A stretch of 64,000 nucleotides of DNA from Hypanus sabinus (lineage: Eukaryota): contig NC_082706.1 of assembly GCF_030144855.1 (NCBI RefSeq), positions 154,752,001 to 154,816,000 of the forward strand. Reading direction: 5' to 3'. Positions 62,801-64,000 of this stretch are shown piece by piece. The stretch's first letter is position 1. Every line of letters begins with the position of its first letter. Both the position numbers and the translations under genes were made by a program. The notes below the pieces were generated by a model that saw nothing but the letters and a program-made list of their open reading frames with translations, did no database searches and was not told the origin of the DNA.

Positions 62801-63533
62801 TCTTGGATGGGAGGAGTAAGCGAGAATGTGGAGGGCGAAGAGGAAAGTGCAGTCACAGAATGTTGATGGGCGCTCTGGGACAGCTGGAGTGACCCGAGTC
62901 TGGGCCACAAGATCGGCTACATTGGCAGAAAGCGACTCCACTGCCCTGAACAGACGGAGTCCAGCTGATTCTGGGGCCTCCCCAGCATCACTCCCTGTTC
63001 CAGGGCACTCTCAGCCGACTGGGGTATGTTGGATCCATTGTGGCCAGATTGTACAGCCAGGATGATGGAACAGGGATCTAATTGCAGACTCAGCACTGTG
63101 CACACAGTGATAGTAATTGAGTAACAAATCCCAAGGTGCAAACCAAGTCAGCGTCAAAGTTCAGGCAGAGATCAAAACATCCAGAGATATCCAAAAACCA
63201 GGATCAGGAAACAGGCAGAGTCAAAATTCAGACAGAGTTCAGATACAAATGCTGAACAGGCTCAGGAAAACTCACTGGCACAATCTGGCAACAAACAGGT
63301 AAAAACACAGGACTGAAATACACTGAGCAATAAATAGAGAGGCAGATGATAGGTGGAGCACAGTGAGATAGAAGTGGCAGCAAAACAGGTAATAATGAGA
63401 AACAGGTGAGAGGCGGAGTACTCAGGCCGGAGTAGAGCAGGAGCGGGGACAGGAGCACATGGCAATACAAAACCACAGACTGACAGCTGGGGGAAACATG
63501 CAAAAAGACAAAGTTCAACTGGAGTTATCGACA
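59885..63533 (-). mobile_element. Ty3/gypsy chromovirus (Tf1/sushi group) LTR retrotransposon, internally deleted
   Basis: LTRs at 59885-60380 (TGTCAG...CTGACA) and 63055-63533. 5-bp TSD CCCTC (59880-59884 and 63534-63538). PPT next to 60381. gag-RT-IN remnants and chromodomain [30 protein letters not shown]. Confidence 0.95.
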
Positions 63534-64000
63534 CCCTCCCTTCTTGAAGACTGGAGTGACATTTGCAATATTCAGTTCAATGGAACCATGCTAGAATCTA
63601 TTGATTCTTGAAAGATCACTACTGCCTCCACAATCTTATCAGCGATCTCTTTCAGAACCATTGGGTGTAGTTCAGCTGACTTATTTACCTTCAGACCTTT
63701 CAGCTTCCCAAGCACCTTCTCCCCAGTAATAGCAGCTGCAATCACTTCTGCCCCCTGACATTTGAACTTCTGGCATACTGCCAGTGTCTTACACAGTGAA
63801 AACTGATAAAAAATGTTTATTTAGTTCATCTGCCATTTCCTTGCCCCAATTATTATCTCTTCAGTGTAATTTTTAGGTAATCCAATATCTACTCTTGCCC
63901 CTTTATATATTTGAAAAAAACTTTTAGTATCCTCTTTGATTATTGGGTAGCTTAGCTTCACATTCCATCTTATGGCTTTTCTTAGTAGCCTTTTGTTGGT
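63534..64000 (-). mobile_element. CR1 LINE, continuation of the copy interrupted by the LTR element
   Basis: The sequence resumes CR1 ORF2 (ccttcttgaagactggagtgacatttgc...) right after the TSD. Confidence 0.85.

Overview
This is vertebrate genomic DNA. The CR1/Penelope/L1-rich repeat landscape suggests a cartilaginous fish, probably a ray (inference). The window holds a conserved three-gene block. (1) CHMP4C coding exon 1 (- strand, 3411-3615). (2) A complete 8-exon ZFAND1 (+, 4330-28404, 267 aa) arranged head-to-head with CHMP4C. (3) A complete IMPA1 (+, 8 coding exons, 37902-56044, 283 aa) with a probable non-coding first exon near 31.9 kb. Introns are filled with decayed retroelements (CR1, L1, Vingi/Ingi-like, Penelope-like, two Ty3/gypsy LTR elements) and DNA transposons (Tc1, Tigger/pogo). 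There is one assembly gap (37030-37183). The most notable structures are: (a) a ~2.25 kb, very recent, inverted, LTR-less copy of an old chromovirus that brackets all IMPA1 coding exons and has repair-like templated junctions starting exactly at the element's self-priming site; (b) the whole CHMP4C/ZFAND1 bidirectional promoter amplified as a 4 x 157 bp higher-order tandem array packed with TALE, Sp/KLF, CCAAT and CTCF-like motifs; (c) minimal hammerhead-ribozyme-like motifs in Penelope terminal repeats; (d) a gag-protease-only Gmr1-like LTR element carrying an unexplained acidic ORF in place of IN/RT; (e) a GC-AG intron in ZFAND1. I found no convincing new protein-coding system. All identities quoted are by-eye estimates.
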